From Coniocarpon cinnabarinum (taxonomy: Eukaryota): a DNA stretch of 64,000 nucleotides. Every line of letters begins with the position of its first letter. Positions within the stretch are counted from its first letter, which is position 1. A program made the translations under genes and the position numbers. The notes beneath the pieces were generated by a model. It searched no databases and was not told the origin of the DNA. It saw only the letters and a program-made list of their open reading frames with translations. The stretch spans positions 62,001 through 126,000 of the forward strand of contig JAVECO010000015.1 in NCBI GenBank assembly GCA_051942205.1. The letters run 5' to 3'. Positions 1 through 13,554 of this stretch are shown here, piece after piece.

Positions 1-627
1 AAGGCGAAGCAGCGGAATTGCTTCCGTGTTTCATCGCCCGCCCAAGTCAGGCATTGGTGTCACGTGTGTTGGCTGGTTGGTGCGGAAGTCGGCGGGGCGT
101 AAACATGGCCTAGCGTAGCGCGCTAATAAGGCTTGGCATGGTCGAGTCATCGCCGGCCCTCTGCTCGTAAGTTACCACGTTGTATGTGTGCATGAATTAG
201 CAGTCGTCTGGAGCGTCATCGGTGGCTTTCTGTAGTTTTATGATATTGCTGTCTCGTTCGCGCAGCCCACACTTCCTGTTTGAACCCATCACAGCACCTC
301 TAGACCATCCTTCCTCGACCCAACTCATTCTTCCCGACTCCACACTGGTTTCAGTCTTGACAGGTGAAGACTCGACGAAAGCTGATAATATTTCCTTTGG
401 GACGGAAGCTGCTGTCCACCTCTGCCTGCCTGCAGTAACTCTCCACCACTTCAATGTCGCGTGGAAGCATCTCGCGTTTCAAGAACAAGTTCCTTGGTGA
501 CAGTGTATGTAATCTCCTTCTTGCATCTGCTGAACCTGCATCTGTACTTGATCGGACTCTCTTCGCCGCCCTCGCTCAGCGCCTCATCCTTATGTTTGCA
601 CTTCTCGCTCCACCTTAACATCCCAAA

Positions 628-1745
628 ATGCCCGATCTGCGCCAGCAATATAACGCTAGGCGACGTCTCCGCCGCTTGTGGACCTTCATTGGTGCTGGCA
701 AGGGCCCAGAAACTGACAGCGACGCCCTGCAGCTTGCTCCGGACGACCCGTATCTGAGCTGTAGGTACAAAAGAGCCGCGCAAGCTACGTACTCATGCTG
801 ACGAGCCCCAAGACTATGATATACGCCGTATGTTGTCGCGTCCCTCGACTGTAGACCTAATCAGAATCAGCTAATCGTTGACTTTCACCACAGTCACCAA
901 AGCCGACTACGACGGCATTAAGGGCGACTGGTTGACTGATAATGTGAGCAAGCAGGATCGACCAGGGGACTGCGCAGGCGCCTACTAACAAGTGCAAAGG
1001 TCATCTCATTCTGGGAAGAGTGCGCGCACCATTTGAGCATCGTCGTCCCTGAAAACTAATTCCATTTAGATACCTCGAGCATGAGAAGATTTTAGCTATC
1101 CCCAACGCCCATATTGTCCTCTTAAGACCTTCCATGGTTTGTTACACGAGTTTGCCCCTTGAAGATGCAGACCCCTGACTCATCCAGTCATTCATGCTCA
1201 TGCTCTCGTCGGATGTCGCGGACATCAAGGACGCCCTACCAGACTTCTCGGGCATCACACATATCTTCCTACCGATCAATGACTGCACCAGCGCGGACCT
1301 GCCCGAAGGTGGATCGCATTGGTCATTGTTGCTCGTCAGTGTCTTAGACAACATTGCATTTCACTACGACTCGCTCTATCCCGCCAACAAGCACGCCGCA
1401 GAACACTGCTTCAATCACTTCCAAAAGCTTCTCAACAAGCCCATGCGCTTCGTCAATCTCAAAGACTCACCTCAGCAGGCCAACGGAAGCGACTGTGGTG
1501 TATACGTCTGTGTGGAGATGAAGGAGCTGCTGAAACGTTTGCTAAAGCGGGATTCACGGGAACAAATTTCCATGAGCATGCGCGGACTAGACGTGGACGC
1601 CGAACGGGCGCGAGCGATGATGGTGAAGCTGGTGGACGAGTTCCGCAAAGAGGGCAAGAGTCGCAGTCGAAGCCGGAACCGGAGTCCGAGCACCGGCGGC
1701 GGAAGCAAAAGTCCACCAAGAGTCGGTCCAGACGTTGGATTTTAG
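628..1745 (+). CDS. NEDP1: NEDD8-specific cysteine protease (NEDP1/SENP8, Ulp1/C48 family), multi-exon
   Basis: ATG 628. Spliced N-terminus PDDPYLSY-YDIRL-TKADYDGIKGDWLTDN-VISFWEE-YLEHE via GT-AG introns (761-812, 828-893, 944-999 and others, including a 15-nt exon 813-827). Catalytic motifs GGSHWSLL, HYDS, QQANGSDCG in ORF 1194-1745. Confidence 0.9.
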
Positions 1746-2410
1746 AGTGGACGGTGTTTCAGACACAGCGTGGCGTTAGAGCGGGCATGACGGTGCTCAG
1801 AAGCGAGTCCGAGACAGCGTCTTAGAATGAACGAAAGCACGAGTGACGCACACGGGGCTCGACAGACGCTGGCCGGGAGGGCGGCAAAGATAGATGGGCC
1901 ACGAATGAAGATCCCTACAATCCCACTCTGCCTCAGTCTGCCTGCCTGGACAAAGAGCAGGACGCAGCCTGAGGTGCAGATGAGCCGCGCGTTCGGCTGT
2001 TGACAAGCATGGGCGCCGTGGCGTGCAGCCAGACGAGACGGGCAAGACGAGCCAGTAAGGGTAAGGGAGGGGCGAAGAGAGGAGTGAGGGATGGTCAAGC
2101 ATCGACCGAATTGGCAGGATGTGATGCAGCGCGGCAGGGGGGGATTCCTGGGCATCATCGCTCTCGTCACCTGCCCGACCGAGTCTTTTTCTGTTTGTTG
2201 GTGTTTTACCTCTTCCATCCGCTGCAACAACCCCAGGGCCCAAACCCTCGGCGGCTCCCTCGTCCTCATCTTTCTCTCCCTTGTCTGGCCAGCCCGTTGC
2301 CCGTTGCTGCTCTGCCCAGCGTCGGCATCTGAGCGTGATAGTTGCCTCTTCCAACTATAGTCGCCCTCCTTCCTTTGCTCTGGTGGCTGCTCCTGCCCGA
2401 GCTCTCAACC

Positions 2411-3959
2411 ATGGTTTCCTTCCAGTGTGAGAGCTGTGGTGATGTGATCACGCGCAAGAAGCTCGACAATCATCTGCGCAGGTGCTACAATGCGCCGCTC
2501 ACCTGTATCGACTGCATGACCACCTTTTATGGTAATCAACATAAATCCCACACGGTACGCTGTCGCTGTCGCTGTCGCTGTCGCTGTCTTGCGCCGTCGT
2601 TGCTTGTTGGAACTCGTCGTCACAGTCTGGGCCCTATCCGCGATGGATCTCCCGCTGATTCTCAACCTCCAGAGCTGCATCACCGAAGCGCAAAAGTACG
2701 AGGGCGCGCAATACCGCGAGCGAAATGGTAAACGATCGAATCCCAACTCAGCGCCCGTCACACCCGGTGGATACCGTCAGCCCTCTGTCGAAGATGCGCC
2801 CGATTCGCAAACACCCACAGGCGACACAACGCTCGCGCGAGTTCAGGTCCCTCCGCCAGCGCCGAGCCCCCCTCCAGCTGCAAATATCAACGTCTTTGAC
2901 TTTCTCGTAAAAGACGGCGCCCGTTCTTCGTCTGCATCCGCGCGCTCCTCGCCCGAGCCCCGCCAGATAACTGCGCCGCCGCCCACTACCAAAAAGAAGG
3001 TCCAGCTCTCTTCTGATGCCGTCACGTATGGCGACGGTGCCATCTCTGCGTCGAGCGCCAAATACCCTTCAGATTTACACCTCGCCATGGACGTCGACAG
3101 CACCGCTTCTCACAAGCCCAACACGGCACTCGCCCGTACTCCTGCGCCACAAAAATACAAGACTGAGCCCCGCCGGCCCAATGACAGTAAGAGCGCCAAT
3201 AAATCGTCAGAGAAGAAACGCAAGCGACCACCTGTGGAGGAGCTGGACCTCTCCGAATCCCGCAAATCGAGTCAAGAACTCAGCGACACGACACCGGCAG
3301 TGCTGCACTCCGGTCTCACGGGCGGTCTCGCCAAGATGCTCGCCGACAAGGAAGCCCGCGCCTCCGCATCAGGTCAGGCATCACCGCTGTCACCCAAGAA
3401 GCGCTCCAGAAAAGAAAAATACGAACGGTATGAGAAGATCGAGACGGATTCTGCGGATGGCGGACGCGACCACCATGGCAAACGAAGGAAGGACAAAACC
3501 AGAGAAGAGGGCGGGAAGCGACATAAGCGGCATCGAAGTGATGGCGACGACGCTGTGAAACGCCTCGAAGCGCCAAGGGAGGTCAAGGCAATCGAATATC
3601 ACGCCCCCAACGGCTCCGCCAAACTCGCCAAGTCCACCGTCTCTACCGCATCCACCACCACAACCTCCCGTGCGGCATGGTCCAGCCACTCTGAATTTTT
3701 CCTCAGTCTCATAGATAAGGGCTCGAGTTCGCACAAGGGCCAGAGTATCTGGGGTACGTTGAAGAGTTTTCATGACGGAGTATGTGAAGGGACGAGATTT
3801 ACTGAGTACGAGGAAAGTGGCATGAGAGTGGGGGAGGAGAAGAGATTACTCAAGGCTTTGCGGATGAAGGTTAATTCTCGAGGGGAGGTGGTGTTGTTCG
3901 CGCGGCCGGATTTCGAGGTCGATGAGGAGGCCATGGGCCGGAGGATTGAGGCGCCGTGA
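2411..3959 (+). CDS. LYAR-type C2HC zinc-finger nucleolar protein
   Basis: MVSFQCESCGDVITRKKLDNHLRRC...CIDCMTTF...HKSHT|SCITEAQKY. Intron about 2555-2672 (gtacgc...ctccag). Followed by a K/R-rich low-complexity region. Confidence 0.88.
2558..2588. repeat. (CGCTGT)5 microsatellite in the LYAR-gene intron
   Basis: Tandem hexamer read directly. Confidence 0.9.
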
Positions 3960-4587
3960 GTGGTATTCGGTTGTTTGATTAGTGTGGAAGAGTGGGTGTG
4001 CTCGGGACTAGGGCCATGCGCTGAGCGCAGGGAATGGATACGTAGCTCTGGAGAACTGAGCGGTTGGGGATATGATTGAAGTAATGACGAGGCGGCTTGG
4101 GAACAGTTGAGCTTATCGCTGAGCAAAGGCACAGCGTGGTCATGCGTCAGCAGCGTGTCATGTACGAATAACGATCCAGCATCTATATCATCATTCTCAT
4201 CTTTGTATGCATACGATTTGTCACCGGTCTAGTTGGAATGATACAGCTCTCAAGATGGTGTTTCGGGATGCATCCATCATTCATCTGAGGTTTCCTTGTG
4301 ACGATCATTTCATGTATTGTCTCCGCGAAAGTAACTGGCGCTATGCTTGTGCGTGGAAAATAGATCAATCAGTCCATCATACGGCTAGCACCCAGTCAAA
4401 CGCACGTCCACCTTGTTGCAACAGAAGCTTCTCTGTCTCCTTCTCAACTCCATGCAGTCGCGCCACGCGAGACCCAGTTCTGAAGCTAACCCATGCTTCG
4501 AATGTAGCACTCATCGGAGATTCGTTGATGGACTATCATCGCCCGTCGATGCTCACGAGGTCATCAATGCCACGCCTGTGTCCAAGG

Positions 4588-6414
4588 CTAGGTACATGAC
4601 TGGTTCATGACACGGCTGGCACACAGCCAGCTACACGCCCTCCTCATCAACGGCCATGAATGGTACTTCCCCGGCCCACCACGCCTGCACTCCGTTCCCG
4701 TCCGACCACTCCACGCGAACTCGACCCACTCCGCACGCGCAATGAAGTACCGTCTCTCACATACCGAACAGACTCGCCCGGCTGGCCCCTCAAGCTCAAT
4801 GACTCTAGTCGCGCGCTCAAGTGCCGCGGTGATATTGGGTGAGAGGTCTGATGGAAGAAGCGACTGGATCTCCGCTGGCGGGAGGACAGACACGGCCTTC
4901 GTCAAGGCAAGGTCAAATAGTGAAGGCGGGCGTGGTTCCACAGCAGGAGGGGCGCTCCCTGGTTGCATAGAGGCGAGCAGTGCGTCAGTGTGACTGGCTA
5001 TCGCTTCTTTCGAGCGCAGCTGGGAAGGCGCAGGGATCGGCGAGCAGCGCGCGAGGGTGCCGTCTGCTTCGAAAAGCGCGGGCGGCGTGCGCCCGAAGAT
5101 TGTCATGAATTCTGTGCGTTCGGGGATGCGAGTGTCCGCCTTGGCGGTTTGCAAGACTTGATGCCTTGGGTCCTGAACGAACGGGCCGAAAGTCGTGAAA
5201 TATCCGGTAGCATGGAGTTTAAGACTTGGATGTGGTACAGATCGGTGAAGGGGCGACGAATTTTTGTTGATCAAAGGCAGGATTTCGAAGGGAAGTGAAT
5301 GGAGAGGGTTTCCGCTAAGGTTGAGCTCCACGAGGTTCCTGTTCGAAGTATGTCAGCGGAGGCCTGAGCAGGTATCTTGGATTGAGTGATCAAGATGGGC
5401 GGACAAAGACGAAAACAATCGACATACCTGAGTCGACCAATTGCTGCTGGAAGCTCGGTGATATGGTTGTTACGCAGCGAAAGTACCTCCAAGTATTGAA
5501 GATCAAACAAGCTTGGAGGAACTACAGAGAGTTGATTGTTGCCCAGGAAGATCTTCAGAGATGGAGTCAAGGGCGCGCAAGCTGCATCAGCAAACTTGCC
5601 GGGATGAAAAGCTGGTTGTTTGACAAACGTATGCAGGTCTGCAAAGCACTCTGGAGGAAGAGCCTCAAGATCAAGGCCGGATAGATCGACTTCCTCTTTA
5701 CTGTATTCCAGAGCATGTCCGATGTACTGTTCGACGAGCTGTTCCACACGGGATTTTAGCGGAGTCGAGGGGGGTTTTAGCTGGCTGGAAGGCATGCTTG
5801 TCACGGTAGGAGAGCCCTCGTTGCCCTGTAGAAATGCTTGCATCTGCTTGCTCTGAGTTTGAGTCGCCTTGGTCTTTAACGCGGCCACTTCCAGGTCGAA
5901 TCCATCGCTGGAGCTACTATTACTGCTATCGCTGTTCATATAGATGCCAGAATCTTTGGGCATCCGGGTCTCCGATCTCATGAGTCGGTGACTCACGGCA
6001 CTCTCCGCACGTTCAGGTTCATACCACGCGCGACGATACTGCTTTTTGCGTGCAGGTGAGGCATAGTTGCGCGCGTCGGCATCTGTGAGATCGTCTGAGG
6101 AGAAGAAAGGGGCATCCGAGCTATTTGATGATAGTTCGCCACGGTATGAAGACGACGCAGAGGCGTATCCTTGATCATTGTGGTCTTCAGCAAGGCGGGG
6201 GCGTTTGCGCCGCGGGGGAAGCTTGGGAGACTTGGGAGACGAGAGCGTTGTGGGGATGCTGTGAGTTTCTTTGTCAGTTTCGGAATTCTGAAAAAATTTC
6301 TGCGCCTGATGTTGTGTAATGGGCACCGTCACGCTCAGAGGAGACTCACGCGACAGTTGAGCTTCCAGTAGTCGAGACTAGAGGGGGTGAAGAGGGCGGC
6401 GTGTCCTCCGCCAT
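4588..6414 (-). CDS. Leucine-rich-repeat protein with a C-terminal Cys cluster, 3 exons
   Basis: Exon 1 MAEDTPPSSPPL (ATG 6414, gtgagt donor) splices in frame into ORF 5271-6332. LRRs LGNNQLSVVP, LSLRNNHITELP, LNLSGNPLHSLP. Second intron about 5339-5427. C-terminal CSVC...CSWLC. Confidence 0.8.
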
Positions 6415-8662
6415 TTGAGGCGAGCAACCTGCAATGATGCTCAACGTTTAGTAATACACGTGATCGCAACGAGGGCACGTGGGGTATGTAATGCAGAGCG
6501 GCAGGGTGATCACGAGCGTCGACGCGTGAAGCGTTAGGAACTTGTTTACAAGTCAATAGCGATGATGTAGGCAGTGACGCGAGTCATATCGGAACTTTCA
6601 CTTAGCGCATCCGGCGCTCTACGACGAAATCACATGCCCAACTAAGTCGATGCCAGTCCATTATCCACGCACTCAACAAGATACACAGAGAACCGGGCCA
6701 TTTTTGGTATCCACAACTTGAATAGCCGAAGCACGCAGAGTAGTTCAATGACCTCGACATGTATGCGCCTGGGCAATGCAGGAGTCGCCTGAATGAAGAG
6801 TTTCTAAGTTGTTACTCGGTCCGTTTCGCAAGTTGCATCATGACTTACAGTGAGCGCCGCGGCACACATTGGACGTGTCTTTGCTTTTGAACGGTCGGCA
6901 TTTTCGAATCGAGTCGATTCTGTCTCGCCGTGAAAGGAGCGCGACAAAAGAGCGCAATGTACAAGCAGAATGGATATCCAACCTACTTACATAGGACGTA
7001 CGAAGACGAAAAGTCTTTCCGCCAGTGAAACAGACAATGGTTCATTGTTGTAAGTTCATTGTAGATATGTGACCGCCAGAATAATCAAGCTCAACTACGA
7101 CTGGTTCTGTGTTTCACTGCACATTTGAAGGCTGCCAACCCCGTGTATTGCTGGCCGGGCACTTTTTCCTGTTTGACGTATCCCATGTGAAGGTGTGGCG
7201 ACGTCCAAAACGAAGGTGTCACGCCAGAACCCAGGTTTCACAAATTTGACCCTGTCGTCCCACTTTCTTGCACTTCCGCTCAGCAATCGACGGGGATCCT
7301 AAGCCCTAAGGCAAAGGCTTGCTGGCTAAACGCTGGTGATGAAGGGGCCGCAGACCTCCAGATGCATGGTATTGTCAAGTCGACTCCGCACCTGCATTGT
7401 GAAAGGCCAAGAATGGAGGACGGAAACACTCATCAAACATAATCAAGGAACTACAAACAGGGGCAATTACATCAGTCAATGCCCCTGCGAAACCCAGCGC
7501 CGTGAAACTCAAGCGCAAGGAACAGGTCTAAAGCCCGCTGTACGCATGATGTCGGAGATGCTTTTGCATGATAACAATCAACGACGCATTTTATCCCATC
7601 TCTTCCATGTCTCTTGAAGCTGCCGCGACCTGTCACCCTACTTGTCCGAACCCTAACATGACCGGGGAGCCGCAAGCCGGGGCGAGACCGCTCGGCTAGT
7701 AAGGCGAGTAGCGCGATCTCAGAGTGAGGATGTGAAAACTTTAGTGGGTGGAGCCCTGTCGTCTAGTCGATCTTCAGTCAGGCCGTAAAGCCGTGGCCTC
7801 TATTGTCGGAGGCTCTCCAGCATTAGACCCACGAGGACTGGGAGCTCCTGCTCGCATCATGACAATGTCGGCGCCACAGCACGGCAATTGCAATCGCTCG
7901 GGATACTTCATTCAAGCAGGGTTGGGCCCTCACTCAGCCCATCTCTGCGGCGCAGGCATCCAGCGGGCCGAGCAGCCGTGGATGGAAGACCCGAGAGGAT
8001 TGGTTCGTGCTAGCCATCAGTCAGCGTGGCGTGGAATCAGAGTGGACTTTAGCAGTGTAGCTACAAGGCAAGCAGAGGCATGAGGTCCAGCCAATCACGC
8101 AGCTGGACGCCTCCCGTCCTGCCCGAAGCGGTAAGTACCTCTGTGCTGCATCGACGCGTCACTGGCAAGTCGCTTCCTCGTTTCCACATGCACTTCCCAT
8201 CCAACGCCAGGGCGCCGTCAGGCGTTTGAAGACAACGAATAATGCTGCGTCGACGCTGTGCCCCTTTAGCCGACCTGCAAACGCCATCATGCCTCGTCGC
8301 CCTCTCCTGTCTTCGTGCTTTCTGTGTGTGTCCTCCTTCACTCCAGCCGCCGATTGCCAGTGCCCATCGTTCTCACGCCCTCGCGGTCACGCCTCAGTCG
8401 TTTCGGCGCCGCATTCCATTCATTGCACGACCGATCGACACCACACAATAGTCCCGAATTCCGTTGAATAATCTCCCCCATCTACCCCGCCGCCTCTAGC
8501 ATAGCCTTTTTACTCGCAAGTTGATGGAATAGGACTGAAGCAACACCGCCTTCTGGCGCTCCTTCCATTTTTTAATCCGCCAATGCCTGGCGGCCGCTGA
8601 GTAGCAGACGTCACAAGATATCCGTTTCATGAACTTGCTTTCAAACGGGCTTTCCATCCAGA

Positions 8663-10300
8663 ATGAAGCTCAGTGGCTTGCACGACCGCAGATTCAGCGG
8701 CCACTTCCAACTTCCCACGCTCAACTCTGAAAAGCTCTGTAGTCCCAGCGCAAACGGCCATGTCTATGAAAAGCAACCTTCTTCGCCGTTCAAGAAGGCT
8801 CTGCAAAGCCCCTGGGCTCCAAACCAGCGCGGAGACTGGAGCAACGTGACGAAGCAGCTCACTGCCTCCAATGTCGTTCACTATATCGTCCGCTTCCTCT
8901 ACTTACTGGTTCCTAGCTTCATCTCGTCAAGATTTTCAAGGGACAGTGGGAGAACAGAAAAGTTACATCCTACCGCGTATCTGGACGGCATGCGCGGGCT
9001 TGCAGCGTTCGTGGTCTTCCTTTGTCACCTGTCATATGGCACATGGTTCATCACATTCGGCTTCGGGCAGGGCAACCCAGGAGAGAACACCTACCTGATC
9101 CAGCTGCCGATTGTCAGGTTGTTCTACTCTGGTCCGCCCATGGTCTCAATATTTTTTGTCATTTCGGGGTATGCTCTCAGCTATCGGCCGGTGAGACAAA
9201 TGCGGGCGAAACAGTACGACGGCCTGCTGGCAACCATGAGCTCGTCAGTCGTTCGAAGACCCATACGATTGTTCTTGCCATGCTTCGTGTCAACATTCCT
9301 GGTCGCGTGCATGGCACAGATGGGGATTTATGAGCAGACTGCGTGGTTTGCACACAACATGCGCGCCATTTACGAAGACCATCCATGGACAGCACCAGAC
9401 GTGTACACCCAATTTTGGGATTGGATGTACAGGATGTTCGACTTTGTCCATTGCTTCAACTTCTTCATCTTTGCGGGGTCACCGGAGTACGATCGCCACC
9501 TGTGGACCATCCCATGCGAATTCCGCGCTAGCATGGTTCTCTTCCTGACCCACTTCATGGTTGCTCGCATGCAGACGACAATCCGCTTAGCCACGCTGCT
9601 CGGGTTGATATGGTGGGGCATGCAGTGGGATCGCTGGGAATTGTGTCTCTTCTGGGCTGGTTGCATACTCGCGGAGCTGGATCAAGTGCGGAGTGCACGC
9701 GAGAACGCAGACTCGCTGTCAAATCAACATCCCGCAGTCACTAAGCAAAGCAAGCGTTCGAAGAGACTGTGGAACTGGTTCTGGATCTTCAGCTTCGTTT
9801 CTGGTCTGTACCTAGCTTCCTATCCAGACACGCTAGGCGAAGACACGCCGGGCTACAGGACGCTTGCGACCATGATTCCATGGTACTATTCCGAGAAGTA
9901 TCGATTCTGGCAATGTTTCGCAGCAGTGCAGATAGTGTGGACAGTCAATCACGCCGACTTCCTCAAGCGGCCGTTTACCTCACCCTTCGTTATTTACTTG
10001 GGCAAGATCAGTTATGCAATATACCTCATGCATGGACCTGTCATACACACATTCGGATACACAGTATGTATTACCCTTCACCATGAGTTTGATCCTATGC
10101 TGACATAACAGGTATTTCCATGGATCTGGTCACAGACTGGCGTTGACGATCGTGTGAGCATTGAAATAGGCTTCTTCCTCTCCTGCTGCCTCATCGTGCC
10201 TGTCACCATCTGGGCGGCCGACGTTTTCTGGCGATTGGTAGACACACCGATTGTCAAGTTCGCACGATGGTTCGAGAGCCGATTGATTGTATTACCATGA
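8663..10300 (+). CDS. Acyltransferase family 3 (OafA-like) multi-pass membrane protein
   Basis: TAYLDGMRGLAAF, FFVISGYALS, RRPIRLFLP, HLWTIPCEFRASM, YLGKISYAIYLMHG. Intron about 10065-10111, last exon ends TGA 10298-10300. Confidence 0.9.
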
Positions 10301-10858
10301 CAAGCATAAAACACCTCTAGCATATCATAGGAGCGTGGCGTTGGTGGTTATGCGAAACATCAGGATGTACGAGTGGCACGGCAGAGCACGGCAAAGCAGC
10401 GCGAAGGAGGCCAAAAGCCGCTACACCAGCGCACAGCGGATCCAAACGGTTCCAAGTATGGCGGGCCTTGAGTGATCCAAAACAACACTTGATTCCGTCG
10501 TTAATAGACACAGATGAAATACAGACCGCGACCCTTAAAGGAGCGCGAGTCGGAACAGTTGATGTTCTATTCCCTCTCGTGTGCACCGCTGTTCCATTTG
10601 GCGCCGAACTTCGTAAAGTCTGCATGTAAACTCGGACGCTGTAGCTATTAGTATGCTACTCTGATAACGTGTATGCCTATTCCATGCAATCATCTGCTCA
10701 ATTATACAAGCTTTCTTTGCTAGTCGCAGTCTCATACCTTCAGCTCAGTATGCGCAAGCTCTTCCTACAAACCGAATCACTCCCCTCTGACTCCCTTCCT
10801 TTACGCCAGTGACGACCACTGAAAGCATACACGACTTCGGTTCGCAACAGAAAGTGCC

Positions 10859-11793
10859 TCACTGCGCCGCCGCCACCAAACTCAAATAAACCCCCCAAAC
10901 CAACCCCACCGCACTGAGAAAGACAATCCGCTTCTCCACGGGCACGAGCGAGAAAGACAAGATACTCGCAATGGGCCAAATCTTGTACCCCGCCACGATA
11001 ATGGGCACCGTGTCTTTGGCGATCGCGTGGCCGATTTCGGAAAACGACTTCGATTTGAGGAGGTTCATGAGTGTTAAAAAGGCGATGGTGTTGAAGACGG
11101 CGCCTAGGGTAATGCAGTCGATGAACCATTTTGAGAGGGTGTTGTGCCAGTCCAGGGTTGTTTCTTCGAGGTCTTTCTTCAGGTCGGCGCCGCGTAATCG
11201 GGGGGATTTTTCGTCTATGGGGTCCAGGAGGCCGGAGGAGCCCTGTCAATCGTCAGTACTGTATCCACTGTTACTGCACTTCCTTGCTGTGGACGCAAGG
11301 TCATCGGCGAGTGTCATTGGGAGAAGTACGTACACCTCCAACAGTTGAAGCAGCGCCTCGCTCAGCGAGAGCAACATCGCGGTGGCTCGTGGGTTTCCGA
11401 CCGGGAAAGGTGCGTTCGAGAAAGGCTTGCCAGTGGAAGTTGGGCGGGGCAGTCAGGACTGTGACGATGAGGAAGCGGAGGAAGTCGGGGAAGGAGATGG
11501 AGAGAGGGAGCTAAATCGAAGTCAGCATTCTGCAGCACAAAGTCGCTTGAGCGTTGTCGTCGTATAATCATGAATTGACTCTGCAAGATGGGCAAGCGAC
11601 TACAGAACAAGCGGTGTTGAGTCTGCCCGTGAGGTGCCATAGAAGGGAAAGTATATCTTGTGCTCTTAATGCTGAAGAGGGACAGGAGGAGACATACGCC
11701 TTTTCGCCAGTTATCTAACAGTTGTGCCAAAATGTTGGAGACAGACGACAGAGCCGTGGCTTGGATAGTAGCGGAGACGATGGGTGCGGGCAT
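10859..11793 (-). CDS. Mpv17/PMP22 family membrane protein, 3 exons
   Basis: ATIQATALSSVSNILAQ, PPNFHWQAFLERTFP, KWFIDCITLGAVFNT, AGYKIWPIASILSFSLVPVEKRIVF. The second intron splices in frame. Confidence 0.88.
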
Positions 11794-12316
11794 GGTGGAT
11801 GGCAGTGAACAGCCAGGCCAACAGTCAAGATGGGGTTCTACGTCAACCAACGTATTTCGCAAGCACCTCGAACAAGCTACTCAAAGCATTGGTGCTGATC
11901 AAGAGGGAGGTGAAGACGAAGCGTCGGGCGTGCTTGGAAGGATCCGCGGTGGTTTCACATGAAGGGCCAGGGGTGCGGCGGAGGAACAGCCAGGCACCGT
12001 GCAAGCATCCAGCCACCGCGCAGGATTGCTCAACAGAAGCAGCACGCAGGAATAGAGCAAATACATAGTCCATAATTGCTAATTGTCTTCATAAGAACAC
12101 ACGCATTGACGAATCCATTCATTAAAATGCCTGAGTAGGTATGTGCCTATCATCAAGCTATCAAGCTACCATGCTCCATCAGAGCTTTTGCCCTCAATTA
12201 ATGCTGTCATGCCCTTGTACGCCTTCGTCATGGAACCTGGAAATGCTGACGAATGCACACCTGCCCATAACCATTGCTTTTGATAATCCGCAAACCCCCT
12301 GTGTACGCCTGTGATG

Positions 12317-13525
12317 CTATCGTCCTCGTCCCTTTCGTGCTCTGGGTGCATTACCCGCTTGTTGAACACGATAGCCTCCACGTGAATCTGGCATTACCTC
12401 GACCCTGACACCACCCTCGTCCTCTCCAGCAAGCTCATCCTCGTCTTCTTCCTCTTCGTCATCACTGATGTTGATGACGTCCATAGGACGACCACGGGCG
12501 GCTACCTGAGCCTGACGTGGTGGGTTTCGTCGCACCGAGGAATAGGCGACGTTATGAGAGGTAGGATCAGAGACAATGCGTCGTGCCGTGGGCCCAGACA
12601 CTTGATATGCGAGGGGATCGACGCTGCCGGACGCTGATTGCTGAGGTGGAGGAGGATAGCTCTGAGCTATCGAGGCCGAGCGAGATCGGGGCACCCAATC
12701 TGGGTCGTCGGGCAGAGAACGTTCAGGAGACTCGGCAAGTCTCGAGGAGCGGCTGGATGAAGGTCTGTAATTGGGAGGGTTTTGAGGGTCATAGAGAAGC
12801 TGGGGAGCTGATTGTGCTGCACGATTTCTCGACGATCTGCGTGATGCTTGGGGCGATCCATTGGACAGTCTTTTCAGAGATGAGTTGGACGAAACAGGCG
12901 GAAGCTGAAGCTGCGCGTCGTCTTGCGGCGAAACATGTCGGCGTTCGCTTCGGCCAGGCTTGCTCTTGGGTGATCCTCCAAGACCGAACAATCCGCCGCC
13001 GCTTGGCTTTCGCTTTGCTTGAGGTTTAGTGCTCGCACTTGAGGATGCACGCTGTCTGGCCCTTGGTTGTTGTTCCAGCTGAACTGCTCGAGCAGGCGGC
13101 CGCCGCTCGAGCTCCTCACGGCGCTGTCGACGCTCAAGTGCGTCCAGCTCTTCACGTGAAAGGTTGACATTATTCTCACCAAGGAGGCGAGCCCTGCGAA
13201 TGCGTCTCAAAGCCCTTTCAGCGAGTTCTTCTTCCTTTTCACGCATGGCGAGTTGCCATTCAGCGTTGCGTTCGTATTCGTTCTCAGCGTCATCCTCATC
13301 ACCATACGTGAGATCTGCGTAAGCGTGTACAGGAACCGCTTGCTTTCGTGAAGGTCCGTCGTAGCCCATGTATCGAGCGTAAGCGGCTGACGAAACGCTC
13401 TCATCATCACTGTCGACCTCTTCAAAGCGATTCTGATTGAGCTCCCATTCGTGGACCCGCCTCTCCCACTCTCGTCGTGCCCTTGCATCCAAGCCCTCCG
13501 GTGGTCTTCCCCATGGTGGGGGCAT
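12317..13525 (-). CDS. Uncharacterised 402-aa R/S/P-rich protein with a helical core (WQLAMREKEEELAERALRRIRRARLLGENNVNLSREELDALERR)
   Basis: Intronless 1.2-kb ORF with ATG and a protein-like composition. Starts 29 nt after the YIP3 stop. Confidence 0.8.
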   Translation of the reverse strand: MPPPWGRPPEGLDARARREWERRVHEWELNQNRFEEVDSDDESVSSAAYARYMGYDGPSRKQAVPVHAYADLTYGDEDDAENEYERNAEWQLAMREKEEELAERALRRIRRARLLGENNVNLSREELDALERRQRREELERRPPARAVQLEQQPRARQRASSSASTKPQAKRKPSGGGLFGLGGSPKSKPGRSERRHVSPQDDAQLQLPPVSSNSSLKRLSNGSPQASRRSSRNRAAQSAPQLLYDPQNPPNYRPSSSRSSRLAESPERSLPDDPDWVPRSRSASIAQSYPPPPQQSASGSVDPLAYQVSGPTARRIVSDPTSHNVAYSSVRRNPPRQAQVAARGRPMDVINISDDEEEEDEDELAGEDEGGVRVEVMPDSRGGYRVQQAGNAPRARKGRGR

Positions 13526-13554
13526 CCATCGGGGAGGAGCTCGCGGCCGACCAC

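Noticed and set aside
6246..6332. Apparent non-AUG start (GTG 6332, or cacaACG at 6248) for the LRR gene
   Set aside because: An upstream exon (ATG 6414, MAEDTPP...) with a gtgagt donor, ctgac branch and cag acceptor splices in frame, so no non-canonical initiation is needed.
7649..7657. AACCCTAAC, telomerase-template-like 9-mer in a 2.2-kb intergenic region
   Set aside because: A few such 9-mers are expected by chance in 64 kb, and no pseudoknot or CR4/5 elements were recognised.
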